DNA of 64,000 nt from Octopus bimaculoides (lineage: Eukaryota), in the NCBI RefSeq assembly GCF_001194135.2, contig NC_068983.1, positions 62,946,324-63,010,323 on the forward strand, in the 5' to 3' direction. This document shows, in pieces, positions 14,121-28,629 of this stretch. Made by a program: the position numbers and the translations under genes. Numbering within the stretch: the stretch's first letter is position 1; each line of letters begins with the position of its first letter. The notes beneath the pieces were generated by a model that saw only the letters and a program-made list of their open reading frames with translations, ran no database searches and was not told the origin of the DNA.

Positions 14121-15626
14121 AGCGGAAGTAAATAATGAAGCAATACAAGCTTTAATTTTGCTGCTCACGTATCTCTCATCTCCGGTGTAATTATGGACGT
14201 ATAAACGTAATTTAGTGACCAGTTATATAACCGTTAATTTCATATAAACCGATCGCTTAGCATGTATCTGTTAACCTAGGAGCTTGTCAATAACGAATTA
14301 TACAGCCACTAACTTATCATGTAATCTCATTTAACAAATGTTTACTATCATTTCCAAGTGTTACTAATGAACAACAGGTCTTTCGGAAAAGTTCAGTCCA
14401 TAATGGCAGTGTCTGAAATACTTATTTTTCAATTGCTTATTTTCTGTGTGAAACTAATGAATTGATTGAGGAAAGAAGGAAACAAAAAATGTGTTCGTGA
14501 GAGGTGTTGAAACAGAATGGGGTGCGATATACTTGCTGAAATAATGACAGAGAGGCAGAGAGAGAGAGGTAAAGAAAAAGCAGTTATCAAGTTCAGAAAG
14601 CGTGGGGTACTCACCAAATAACTATCAGTTCACGTCTGGACGACAACGGACTGTAGACCAAAAACATAATTCTTACAAAATCGTAAAAATAAAGAGTTTA
14701 CTGCTGCAACCTAGCAGTAAGATTATGTATTGTAAGTTTTCCGATAGTTCTCATTGTCGTCTGTAAATCAATGATGGGTAAACTACAAGACATAATACAA
14801 TACAGAGAAAGAAATATCGTCTACGTATTTTTCTTAATGAAAATAATGATTAAACAGACGGTAAATTCGAATCCAATGTAATAATGTCTAAATACTGATT
14901 ACAATAAACGAGAGCACCTCCCTGATGCAACAATGTTCCACAATGTAGTCGTTCGACCTTTTAGAAATAACATCGACATTTCTCTTTTTTAATATTTCAA
15001 AAGCAGGAAGAAAATATTAGTTAACCTTATCTAGGATAAACTGCTTGAAAATAAATTGAAATATTCATAGCTGAAACGCTTTGATCCAAGACTCACTTGA
15101 TTAGAATTGAGCTAAGGGTAAACGACGACGACGACGACGACGACTATTGGCATTTTTTCAAATATTTAGTACTTAGGTTAGATGAAGAACTAAATCATCC
15201 CTGCCTTCGTTTGAATTTATAACGTAGAGCAGCAATACCACATGATCACTATTTCAGCGAAATCTCTTCTACTTTTAGGGGCTTAGAATTGTTGCTTTGA
15301 TATAAGTAAGAGCAACTACTTATTGAAATATTACTAAAATGGATTTGGAAAGCACTACTTTACGCAAAGTATTTCTGGCAGAAATAAAATGCATTAATGG
15401 CATAAAACAGAAAGTGAAATTGTTTCGTATATTTACCACATATGATTCTTATGCCTGACAAAAATTTCTCAACAATGGCTTAACTGCAAATAATTATTTA
15501 TATATTTATTCTATATTTGAATTTGTAAACGCTTGCATCTTTGGTTAAAGAGGAACAAGAAAGTTTCTGCGTAAAAGTCTAGAACAGATATCTACAAAGG
15601 ACTTCGTCCGCAGATCATTGTTTTTT

Positions 15627-15777
15627 AGGCGCAGACGTGGGTATGTTGTAAGTTGCTTGCTTACCAACCGCATGGTTTCGGGTTCAGTCTCACTGCGGTA
15701 GTGTCGTCTACTATAGCCTCGGGCCGACCAAAGCCTTGTGAGTGGATTTGGTAGACGGAAACTGAAAGAAGCTCGTC

Positions 15778-15813
<36 letters not shown>

Positions 15814-16000
15814 GTATATGTTTGTGCGTCTTCGTTTGTCCCATCACCACCACGACCATCGCGTGACAACCGATGTTGGTATGTTTGCGTCCCCGTAACA
15901 TAGCGGTCCGGCAAAAAAGACCGATAGAATAAGTGCCAGGCTTGTAAAGAATAAGTCCTGAGGGCGATTTGTTCGACTAAAGGGGGTGGTGCAGCATTTT
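15627..16000 (+). mobile_element. tRNA-derived SINE (family B, CORE-like) with internal (TA)n
   Basis: AGGCGCAGACGTGG...GGTTCAGTCTCACTGCG...GGGCCGACCAAAGCCTTGTGAGTGGATTTGGTAGACGGAAACTGAAAGAAGCTCGTCG-(TA)n-...GACCGATAGAATAAGT. Confidence 0.88.
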
Positions 16001-16497
16001 ACTTGTAAAACTACACACTCTCTCTCTCTCCCTTCATCCCTCTCGCTCGCTCTCTCTCCATACTTCTCTCTCTCTCTGTGTCCCACACACATTCATACAC
16101 ATGCTCACACTCATATGAAAATGACAAACAAACACGTATATACTAAACAGCCCAGCGGTGAGAGAAATAGGAGTATAAGTACAATTCTTTGTTTCGAGGG
16201 GCGGAAAAAGGGAGAGAGATGACTNNNNNNNNNNNNNNNNNNNNNNNNNNNNNNNNNNNNNNNNNNNNNNNNNNNNNNNNNNNNNNNNNNNNNNNNNNNN
16301 NNNNNNNNNNNNNNNNNNNNNNNNNNNNNNNNNNNNNNNNNNNNNNNNNNNNNNNNNNNNNNNNNNNNNNNNNNNNNNNNNNNNNNNNNNNNNNNNNNNN
16401 NNNNNNNNNNNNNNNNNNNNNNNNNNNNNNNNNNNNNNNNNNNNNNNNNNNNNNNNNNNNNNNNNNNNNNNNNNNNNNNNNNNNNNNNNNNNNNNNN

Positions 16498-16548
<51 letters not shown>

Positions 16549-18889
16549 CACACACAGCTGGCTCACGCAGTTTCCCCGCACCTCATTCTACTCATCGTAA
16601 CCTCAACCCAAGACAATGATAGAACGCACATGGTGAAGGTGATACACACTGGGTGAAACTCACTTCTACCTGATCGCATAGTTAATCACCACATCGTACA
16701 GCCACATTTGGACCAGAATATTTATCAGAGAACCTAGCTTTGACTGTGTTGTCAGGCTTCTTTGTTGTACATCGTTGTCATAGTTACAAATTTAGTCGGG
16801 AGAGTTATACTTAACAAACCTATCAGTTGTTGGTACCCGTTAAAAGAATCAATTGAATATCCCTACTATCTGTAAAACACTGAAGCTGTTTTTCATAACC
16901 ATATTCTAAATACACACTGTATCTAGAAAAATATAAAATGTTATGAGCATAGCTAGAACTCCTTTGTTCAGAGAGATTTATTCCATCAGCACTGATCACA
17001 CTACCACCACTAACAACAACAACAACAATAACAACAATTAACTAGTATTGATGTAAATCCTGAAAGCATTGATAGAATCACAGTTGAATTCCGACGAATG
17101 AACATCCAGTTGTTCGATGAACTAGAAATATTTCTCATTGAATTAACGTCCAATATGGCTGAGTATTCTGCATGCACGTGTTCCCTGAATGTAATTTTCA
17201 GGGACAATCAGTGTGATCTTTGAATTACAGACACCGTTCATCCAACGGGCTCCTGTACAGTTTCCGCCCATCGAAATTCACGTAAAAACTTGCGTCGACC
17301 CAAGGTTATGGTAAGCGCACTCGTTCAATACGTCACACGGTGGGATTGAACGCGAGACCTCATGGCTGCAAAGCGAACTCCTTGATTACACGGCTATAGA
17401 TCGTTAGTATTTAGTGCCAGAATTGTTTTGAATTTTAATGTATTTTTCTTCTCATTTTAATTCTCAGCACATTCTATTCATTTCCTGTTTCATTATTTAA
17501 TACTTATTGGATCCGTAACATCACGTGTATATAAAAAAACGCTATTAGTTCACTAATTAATTATATCAAATACGCTTCATCGGAGTTCAAATACATACAT
17601 GGATATGTATCTCGATAGAGCATTATAATGCGTGATATGTGGATGGTAAAATGCGTTAGAGCTGTAAGTGTTAGAGAAAAAAGTAATAAGAAAGGTTAAT
17701 AGATTATGCTACTGATAAGTTAAGTAGTCATCGATATAATTAAGAATTATATAGCTTAGCTCATTTATGTTCTATATATGCTCTATATACATACATATAA
17801 ATAAATAAACATTGTACATGCATACATATATGCATATCTGATTGCGTATATCTGTTGTATATTTTGCTTTACTTCCTAATGAACCATGATATTTTATTAA
17901 CTCTAGAAAGTGGACGAGTGAGCTTCTACTTTGTCTTTCGACTAGCTAGGGATAACAGTCAAACAGTCACTCATATCACACTCTGCCGTCTTCGAAAAGG
18001 ACATTCTATGCCAATGGAAAAAAACGGGATTGTCACAGCGGGAACGCCTTATTCGATAAGACAACCCATAGAAAGCTAGAGTATGTCTAAATAGCTGCCA
18101 AAAACAAATATCATGTAATGTACTGTGTAACACTTCTCTCTAGCAAATTTCAATAACGGGGCTTCGGTCAAATTGAATGTTTAGAAGAAGATATCGTGCA
18201 GTGTAATTGAACCCCGAACCACACAATTATTTTCGCTATTTTTGGATTATATATTTGTATTCTTATCTGATCTTTTAGAGAGAAATGAATTCCTAGATTT
18301 ATGGAGCAAAGGGCAAGGACATTTAATTTCCATATCGGTTTCTTTCGGCATTAGCGACGCAAGTGAGATATTTGCATACCAGTGTGTATCAAACTACTAG
18401 ACGATATCCAATTTCCTATAACTTACAACCCTGCCCCATTCAGTAATCTTAACTAACATAAAGCATCTTGATTATATCAGTATTTATGTAAATCTAATTT
18501 CGTTATTCAACACTCAGTAAACAGCGAGTTAAGCCTCAGGATACAAGCAATAAATTTCGTATTGCATTACTAGTTGCCACCGAGTGACATAACAAGTTAA
18601 TACCATCATATTACCAAACGTTATATTTATGAAGTTTAAAAATGTGATTATTACTACGGAAATGATACTAATCGAAACCAATATATTCATAACTAATTCG
18701 TTAGTCATGATAAATTAGTTAAATCCTTTGATTTGACAATAAGTTAAATTTAGCGTGAAATCTATGAGGTAGTCAAATTTAAGACGTAGATGATATAGCA
18801 ATTTGGATTTGTAAAGAGAACAGCTCCCCGGATACTTCGATATTTATATGTCTATACCATTAGTAATTTATAATTCTTTCTTTGTCTCA

Positions 18890-18890
18890 T

Positions 18891-18974
<84 letters not shown>

Positions 18975-18982
18975 TCCTTCTT

Positions 18983-19065
<83 letters not shown>

Positions 19066-19075
19066 CTCTCTCTCA
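18890..19075. repeat. Compound microsatellite (TTTC)n(CT)n
   Basis: Direct inspection. Confidence 0.95.
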
Positions 19076-21119
19076 GTCTCTCCTTCTCCTCTAATCATAA
19101 AACTACTCTATCTTTAATGTTGTTAAACAGTTTTTATAAAATATGTATTTAAAGGTTTACTTGACAGCAAACATACATCAGTGAATCCAGTCTCGTTACA
19201 ATACGTACGCCCAGTGTGTTTATTACGAAGGTACTTAAATCAAATTACCCAATTCAAGTTCTCAGTGAATTGGAGAGGAAGCCTCTACATGGTCGTACGA
19301 CCTGCTAGAAACAATAGCCAATACTACCTCAAATTATACATACTGTATTAAACAACTAAATAATACAGCTGTAGATACCTCGTAAAACACAAAATAGTCA
19401 AAGGCGAAATGTTTTCAAAAAGGTTGCGAAATTAAGAGTCCCCTAACCAATTTTCGGTTATCTGAAAGATTGCAGGCCATACATGCATGTGTGTCTCTTC
19501 TGTTTCCAATCATTTAAATTCTTCATCTGAAGGAGCTGATACAAAGCTTCATCTCTGGAATATAGATAACAAAAACAATGTCACATTGTACATATGTATG
19601 TATGTGTGTACGACCTGTTAGCTTGTGTCATATTTTTGCTAATAATTTTAGGTGCCTGTGTTGAAGCGAGAAGACATAGACACTCTCGAAGTAGATGCAT
19701 TGGCCGTAGTTAGGGTCTTGTGGTTGGGTTCACGATCATAAGGTCAACAGTTGAATTCTTGGACTTGGTGGTGGGTTGTCTCCGCAAGCAAGATAAATAG
19801 TTTCACATTGCTCCAGTTTACTCGATTGGAGATAAGTACAGACCGACTTGTAGTGTAGCCCTCTCGAACTCCAACTGTTGCATCCTCGATGGAAGGGCTG
19901 AATGTGTGTGCATATATGTGTGTGTGTGTGTGTTTTGTGCGTGTGTGTACGTTTGTTCCATTATACATATACATATATTTGTCTATTTTTCTTTTCATCT
20001 GTCCCTTTTTCTGGCACTTTGAATTAATGATTCAGTTACATCATTCTATTAAATTACATTGAAATTGGTATACTTTTCATGTAGATAAACACAACTTTAT
20101 CAAATTACTTGAGTATTTCTCTGTTTGTGATGATCGGCACATCTTAGTGAATCTGTTACAGATTGAACTTTCATTATATCTTATGCTGGCTCGAGCAAAA
20201 GAATAGTTGAACTATCTTTGTAGTCATTGGTGCTGATGTTTCGGCTTCATTGATCAAGAGTGTTCTAATCACGACCATTCCATGCCTCTTGGTTTTCTTA
20301 TATTTAGATTCTATGTTCTAAGATAATGTTATCCAATATGTCCTTTTTATGTTTTCAAGATATCAAGTTGAAGTTTGAAGGATATTCACTTACTATATCT
20401 AGCAGATTGAATGCGCACGTGGGAATTATCTCTTTGTCTCATCGAAGAATTAGTTCTTATGTTATTGGTACCAAGTCATTATTTATCTCGAATTACTCAA
20501 AGCGTAATAATCATTTCATTTTGCAATGCCCTCTATTTATCATAAGGCAAACGAATGTGACTTGAAAAAGATCTAGGAGAATGCTTTCATAGATGGAAGG
20601 CCAACGGAAAGATTGCTTCTATTTTATCTAAGAACCAATGATTTACAGACATGAACATCTTATGTTCTTCGTACCGAATATCTTTTTTTTTTCCTCTATA
20701 AGACAACAGGACAAGATTTAAGGGAAATTTATCTGTTATTTCTAGCAATCGAATGACAAAGTACATCCTACCTCGTTGTTTCACGACCTATATGCTGCTG
20801 GTCTGTACAGTGTGACTGCACTTCTGCTGAAATCAACATTCATTTTCCATAAGCAGTGAACCACCACCAAATGATTAACTTACCCGTAAGTTAACTTATC
20901 TATAAGTACCAGGAAGGAGCATAAATAAATATGGAGACGTCACCTAATTAACTCCAATCCATTGTGAACTTCCAAAAGGTGATGATTAGCTCTACTTTAA
21001 TCAGGTTCATCTTTAGAAAGATATTTTTTGTGCATAGAACACTTGTCTATGGTGGTTAACGTCTCTACGACAATTCTTTTTTTACTCATAGCCAACAAAC
21101 TGAGGCAATGAAGAATACA

Positions 21120-21560
21120 GTGATCTTTCCACTCCTACGTTTCCGATAGTACATGGGCGACAAGAGTGCACCAAGTACTGTCGTAGGCCCTATTAAGTGT
21201 TTTCTTCCAAACCCAACTCGTATGCGCCAAGTTCTTTTCCACAGTCCTCAATCTACTCATAACAAGTTGCCTCACTCCTCAAGTCCTTCTATGGCTTCCA
21301 TTCTAGCGAGGCTCTCATATTGGACTCTTCATTAACATGTGTTGCACATGGACTATTATCTTTGATTCACGATCATGAGATCCCGTTGGTTACTCGTTCC
21401 AGTTCTTTTCAATACTTCTTGGAAGTAACATATTTAAGAAATGCTCTTAGCTGTGAATAGATACTATATGTAGGTACAGTTACGTTCGTTTTCTTTCCAT
21501 GCTTCTTCCTTCTATTCGTGAAGTAAATATTTTTTCACAATTCTTTACTCTAGTTTTTAC
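21120..21560 (-). mobile_element. Probable RTE-type LINE 3' fragment
   Basis: Minus strand ...RTVEKNLAHTSWVWKKTLNRAYDSTWCTLV resembles the RTE ORF C-terminus; heavily decayed. Confidence 0.4.
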
Positions 21561-23584
21561 AATTTCTCATTTATCTTCTGTTTTCGATTTATGAACCTTT
21601 CACATCATTTCTTCACATTGCTTCAAAAAATATGATGTGTGTAATTGAATCATGATCATTACTCATTTTATTTAAAACTCATAATGAAATATCGGAGACT
21701 TTTCATTATAACAAACCATAAGTGTCAGAGAAATTTTAAGAACATCTTGAGCTGTTCTTCGAATTATTTAGGCAGAAGCTGAATATATAACATGTTACAG
21801 CGTATTATCAATAACGGTTCATGTCATTTCGGATATAATTATATCCTACGATATATCCTGAGCACTGTAATTTTGATCATCTAAATACATGTAACTCACA
21901 TATTACATATATGTGTTTGCAAGTTGTGTGTGTGTGTATGTGTGTGTATGCGCGCGTGCGTGTGTGTGCATGTGTGTGTGTGTAAATGCGTATAAATATA
22001 ATGAAGTGTAATCTTAACTCCGCTGGTGTTTAGACCTCTGCTTAAATAGTACATAGATTCTTTAAACATGTTTTACTGCGGAAGAAAATATCTATCATTA
22101 TTCATTCTCGTCGGTTACTTCTTTTATTATCATTTATCCACCAACTCTAATCTCTTATCTTACAAACATCAATAAAAATAAAATGAAAATATTTGAAAAC
22201 AAACATAAAGATGGACTTATTAAGAAATGAAAGTAAAAGAGAACGCATTGAACCTCTAAAATTAGACGTCCTATACATTAATAAAAACAAATCAAAAGAT
22301 CTTTTAGGAGGTATAGTTTGTTATATTGAAACTGATACAACTAAGAAGAATGAATCTTTTGTGCGCTATTTAAATGATGCTATATAACCTGTTCCTACAT
22401 TTGTTTGTATCAATTAAACATTTCGAATGATACGGTCTCCTGATATATCTATTCAGTTCAAACACCAGCAGAATATCAAAATTAATATTCATTTAAAAAT
22501 ACAAAATATAGATATAAGAAATGCGGATATAATCTCATATGATTTTTGTTCGTATTAATTCATTTACAAAGACATTATCATCTCTGAAAAACATTTTCTG
22601 TTGTAAAGAATCTAAAGTTTTTTCTAATTTACTGTCGCTAACTTTCTTCCTACTATTGTCTCAGTCACTCTGTTGCCATTTCCTCTTTTTTTTTCTCCCT
22701 CCTTCCATCTCTCTTTCTCTCCCCTTCCAATATTCTTTATCCATTGATTGATTAATTCTCGGTTCTTATTCACGTCGTACATTTTTTTCGCATTCTAATG
22801 TAACAGATTTGTTTGTATTTTACTACATTTTTCTTGGTGGTTTTTGGTGTATTTTTTCTGAGTTGTTGGAGAAATCTCTACGTGTATCTCCTATTTCTTC
22901 TGTCATTGATGCGAATGAAAACTAAAGACACTTAAAAATACAATCAACTCCTATCCTACGCCAAACTGAACCTCTTTAACCAACGAAAATGAAGTGGAAA
23001 TGCGAAGGAAATTCTTTAAAAAGAAACACTAGCTCACGATAAATTGATTGTTTTGTAGTTAACCAATCAATAAATATTGCTTGTTAATAAAATATCTCAG
23101 ACAAATTTGTATGCATTTGCGTGCTTGTGTGTTTTTGAGAGTTTGTTTTATGAGCGTGCATTTATCAATGTTTCTTCTATGTTTCTGAATCGGTAGACGT
23201 GTGTATATATGTGTGTGTGTTTCTGTGTGTGCATACGCGTCTCGCTGTATTGTGACAAGGGATAATACACCTTTAGTGTTTCATTATATTGTTGAAAACA
23301 ACAACAACAACAACAACAGCAACAATATGAAGAATAACAATGGTTAACCAGAAGAAAAAATAGACACGTTTAGATTGAAGTTATAATGACGTATGGCCTC
23401 CATATCCTTGCTACTGCTACCACATACAATTCTTTCATACTTTTTTTTTAACAAATACCGAAATAAGACGAATTTATTTTGGTATTTGTTACTGAGGTGA
23501 TAATGTAATAACCTGTTTCTTTGTTTGTAACCGAAACGCTGTTTCTCCATTATTATTCATACTTATTCCTGTGAACTTTTAACA

Positions 23585-23612
23585 CTATTACAACCACTGC
23601 TGCTGCTGATAT

Positions 23613-23680
<68 letters not shown>

Positions 23681-23745
23681 ACAACAACAACAACAACAAC
23701 AACAAAAACAGCAATAATAATAATGGTAACAATAATAATAATAAT
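23585..23745. repeat. Compound trinucleotide array (TGC)(TAC)n(AAC)n(AAT)n
   Basis: Direct inspection. Confidence 0.9.
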
Positions 23746-23764
23746 CCTTTCTACTACAAGTAAG

Positions 23765-24145
23765 CACAATGCCTGAAAATTGGGGGAATGGGACTAGTCG
23801 AATACATCGAACCAGTGTTTCACTGGTACTTAATTTTATTGATCCCCGGAAAGACGAAAGGCAAAGTCGACCTTGGCGGAATTTGAACTCAGAAGGAAAC
23901 GGAAACGAAATACCGTTAAGCATTTCACCCGGCATGCTAACGATTCTGAATAATAATAATGCCTTCTGAAATTTGGCGGGAGGTGACTATTCGGTTACAT
24001 CGACTCCAGTGTTCTACTGGTATATATTTTATCGACCCCGAAAGGATGAAAAGCAAAGATGACCTCGGCGGAATTTGAATTCAGAACGTAAAGACGGACG
24101 AAATGCCGCTAAGCATTTTGCGCGACGTCCTAAAGATTCTGCTGG
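23765..24145 (-). mobile_element. Tandem dimer of family A SINE
   Basis: Two copies (~23765-23950, ~23962-24145) of the same core and head. Confidence 0.85.
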
Positions 24146-24175
24146 TTCGTTACTATAATAATAGTGATAATAATG

Positions 24176-24235
<60 letters not shown>

Positions 24236-24839
24236 TAATTACCAACCAATTGTCAAGAACCTGTGAGACCTCTGACAACAGGCTGCTGTCCGCTCTCACT
24301 GAATCAGCTCGAGCAAACAAGACCGAGCGCTCTGAGAAATAAAACAACAGCAATAACAATTATAATAGGCCAATATCAAATAACGAGACGCAACACACAT
24401 AATCTGTGGTTTACATCAATCAAACAGAAATCAACAATAATAAAGATATAAAGGAAAATAGAACAAAACATACAAAGTAGAATTTTTTAAAAAACCCCAG
24501 CAAATAACGTTTCCATGTGTATGGTAGTCCACGAAAATAATTCGAGGGAAATTCACCCCCAAACGCCCAGGATTCTGCGGCATGTCCAAGTTATATAAAA
24601 TGTCCTCGTCCAGTTTTTACTCCTGTTAAGAAATACAAACTCAAGATGTAGATGTTGACAACATATCAATTGCCTGGCCAGCAGAACGTGTCATTTTGTC
24701 ATTTTTATAAAATGCAGAAAAGCAAGTACTCTAGTCTGGTCAGACGTTCCTTGGGACAAGGTACGAGGGTTAGGCGGTAATTCACCAACGGGATTATGTA
24801 TTCATTAGCTACTAACGTCCCACTATTCAGGGACGGCTT

Positions 24840-25110
24840 CCTCCCGGCCCATATCAAAGCGAGAATGGTTGCCAAAGAAACTGAGAACGTTAAGAAATAT
24901 CAGAAATCTAGATATGATGAGATTATGGAAAACTAAGATGTCAATTATTCCTGTGGTAACTGTTGCACTTGGTACAACACCCAAATTGCTACCTAAGATG
25001 CTGAAGGATATCAGAAATGGAGACTCGCGTTATCGACCTAAAAAAACGTAAAGTATGTATTCGGCAACAATCTTTTGAAAGATTCTTGAGATTTGAGGCT
25101 TACCACGAAA
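24840..25110 (+). mobile_element. Decayed R4/Dong-type RLE fragment
   Basis: MMRLWKTKMSIIPVVTVALGTTPK resembles the ...RMW...IPIIVGALG segment of the young copies. Confidence 0.6.
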
Positions 25111-25149
25111 CCTCAAGATAACATATCTGATAAATGAGATATTATCCAA

Positions 25150-26255
25150 TAGTTCCCTCCTCGGTCTACGCCAAATCCAGGATTGCAGCTCAGTCAAAGA
25201 GACGAGCTGTGGAAAAGTGTGCCTGACAAACGGTGACCACACCTGGGAAACGGTGAAGATGCCGCAACCTCAGCGCATATCAGTAACCACGGCATGCCCA
25301 GCTCTCCATTCAGCGGCTGTTGACAACAGATGGAGAGCCTGACCAGTGGAACACGCCCCTTCCACAGAAAGCAGTAGAGAAAGCGCACTAGCTTGGTCAA
25401 CCAGCAAACGGACGACGGTCAAGCGGTAAGAGATGACGGATATGATGTACGCATTCCCTGCCTCTACATGGCCTTTCAGGGATAGTTTCCTCTTGGCCCA
25501 ATTCTTGGCTACTCTGTTGTCACTTCGTCCCAGCTTTTCTCCACCTGGAGTTCTGGACCAAACCAGACTCCGAGCAACTTAACCGGAACGTCTGTCCAGC
25601 GCCCCACGACGCTGTTGGACGCCATGGACTTACTTCTTCAGGTATCGAGTTGCAAGCCCACAGACTTTTCCGAGTTAATTTTTGCTCTTGTCACCGCTTC
25701 ATATCTTTGTAGTGTGTCGCCAATCAGGTCTATATGCCTGTAGCTCGAACTATGACGGTGACATCATCAGCGTAAGCAGACACACTTCTCCCACATCCTA
25801 GATAACGCTGGACATCCATCAAAGCCTCCAACTTCCGCAGTAGGGTGGAGAGAGGACACCCTTGACGGACTGAACGCATCATGCTGAATGGCTTCGACAG
25901 GTGACCAGAATAACCGAGTATTGATGTTCGACCCTATCAAAGGCTTTAGATTGATCTAAATTTATCAGAGCCCCACCCATGCTAGCTTCGCTATCCACCA
26001 TCTCTATGGTGTAGTGCAAAAGATGGAGTTGCCGCGAATCATCCTGGTTGGGTTGGCGTATGTTTTCGCCTCGCCAACAAGCGCCAACCTCTTGGATAAC
26101 ACATTGGCCAAAATCTTCAACTCTGCATTGAGCAATGATGGGTCTGAAGTTTTCTATAACGTCTCCATTGTTTGGGTCCTTCCTCAGCAGTGTCACCGCT
26201 CCTCGACAGATAAAAGTCAGAATTTTCCCATTCTGCTGCCAGTTGCAGTAGACGT
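25150..26255 (-). mobile_element. Tx1/L1-clade RT fragment
   Basis: VTLLRKDPNNGDVIENFRPI..., GGALINLDQSKAFDRVEHQY; frameshifted. Confidence 0.8.
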
Positions 26256-26289
26256 ATGCTAAGAGCCCCGCCAACAAGTCTGGCATCGC

Positions 26290-26790
26290 TTCCTGTATCT
26301 CCGCAGAGAGTGGCGGAGTCAGAAACTTGCAAAATACTCGGGGATTTCCCTATTGAAGCAGGTCAGGTACTAGAGCATAAGAGACCCGACCAAGTGATGG
26401 TCGACAAGATGCACGACCTGTACTATATGGCGGATATTGGGTGCCCCTTTGACCTACGAATAGTCAAGAAAGAAGGCGAAAAAAAAATAGATGAATACAA
26501 CCTTCTTAATTACAAAATGGCCCGGCTATGGAAAATGAAGAAGATGAAGATAATGCTAATCAATTTTGAGTCCTTGGTCTCAGAAGGCATCGAAAGGAAT
26601 ATAAAGAAAATCGGAATAGAGTGCCCAGTAGAACTGTCACAAAATATTTTCTACCTCCTTGGCACGGCCAGAACAATCAGGAAAATATTAGATAGTTGAA
26701 AAAAAGAGATAATATGGTACCGTAGGCTGCAGGCAGCAAGCCTACTACGAATTCAAGACTCCGGGAGTTCCAATAAAATCCGAGAAAAAA
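26290..26790 (+). mobile_element. Decayed R4/Dong-type RLE 3' fragment followed by (AAT)n
   Basis: CKILGDFPIE...HKRPDQVMVDK...DIGCPFD...KKEGEKKIDEY...LLGTARTIRKILDS*, then aataataat from ~26792. Confidence 0.75.
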
Positions 26791-28009
26791 GCAATAATAA
26801 TAATAATAATAATAATAATANNNNNNNNNNTATATATATATAAGTATGTATGTATGTATGTATGTATATATATATATATACATATATGTTTACTTATATA
26901 ACTCATGAATATGTATACATATATAAAAGTGAATGTATATACATACATACATACGTGTATATATATATATATATATATATCATATCTATATTATATGTTA
27001 TATTATATATTTATTGTATATTATATATTATATATTATATATAATATACATATATGTATATATAGGATGTCTAAATATATATATACATGTATATGTATAT
27101 AAATGCATGTGTATATACGTATAAGTTTGTGTGTATGTATGTATGTTTATATATATATATATATATATATATACTCACACACTTTTATTCAAGTAACGAG
27201 ATGATATTTTTTCAATCAATAAATCTAATAATTGAAGGAACGGCAATAAATTCTGTAAGAGTTTTTGCAACGTGTTTCTCCTTCGATATTTTCCTTAGAT
27301 AGGTTTCGATGATGGACAATAGATACTTTCGAAAGAACCCTATCTCTGTACTGTGTGTCCTGTGTATGTGATGTTTGGGGCAGGATGATGTGTGAGGCTG
27401 TATTGGTGGTGGGGTGGGGGAAGGATGTGTGATATAAGTGTGATGTGATCTAAGTGATACTTTGATCTTTGGAATAGATCTGAATTGAAGAAGATAAAAT
27501 TTCGAAAGAATAGAAATGTGAATACAAAAAAGAAACAAAAATGAAACAAAAAAAAAATGAAAAACAAAACAAAACAAAACACAATAAAAAAAAATAATAA
27601 ATGAATCGAACTACTTTACTTCTTTAATCAGACATAACAGAGAAGAATCTTTTGTGTGAAGTGTCTGATCGTGTGTGTGTGTGTATGTGTACGTGTGTGT
27701 GTGTGTGTGTGTGTGTTGTCTGTTCGTCTGTCTGTCTGTGTATGGATATTCATATCATCAAGGACATAATAACAATTATTTATCCCATTGAAGATGGCGT
27801 AAAACTTTTTCAGAACATATAGATATGATTTATATGATTTATAAATATATCTTTGCCAAATTAGCAGAAACATATCCATTATGAATATACGCCTATTTTC
27901 AGAACACTTTTGAAATAAACATTACAAATAATTGAATATATTAACACAATATTAATGTTTTATTATCATCACTTTCATACGACCCATGATCACACTAAGT
28001 GCTAACAAT

Positions 28010-28046
<37 letters not shown>

Positions 28047-28529
28047 ATGTGTGTGTGTGTGTGTGTATGTGCGTGTGTGTATGCGTGCGCGTGCGCGCGT
28101 ATTTATATGCATACATAGGTAATTATATATACATATATATATGTGTGTGTTGTGTGTGTGTGGGGGGCGGTGTTTGTATATAGATACATACATACATACA
28201 TACATACATACATACATACCCATAAACTGACATACATACGCATACAGGTATATTTACGTATATTTTTATACACAAACGCTTAATAGAAATATGTTAATTT
28301 TTTATGCATATAATAACGAACATTAACTATATACATGTTTATCTTCTAGTATATATGATAATTTTATTGAAGCTGTGTTGCGAGTGTCACTGCACGCTGC
28401 TTATTTCATCTGTGATATGAAGGCAAACAACATATCGGCTTTACTCCTCAGCTAGTTCTGAAACAAAATCTATACTACACGAGTAAGTTGACTATATTCA
28501 GTCATGGCTCAGAAAAGTGACTTTATGGA

Positions 28530-28586
<57 letters not shown>

Positions 28587-28629
28587 AGTAATAATAAATA
28601 CAAAAAAGGTGGGGTTTGACAGACTGTGT

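Noticed and set aside
14625-14700. Minus-strand donor-like GTGAGTA (also a plus-strand one at ~59030)
   Set aside because: No matching acceptor or coding exon identifiable; such 7-mers occur by chance.
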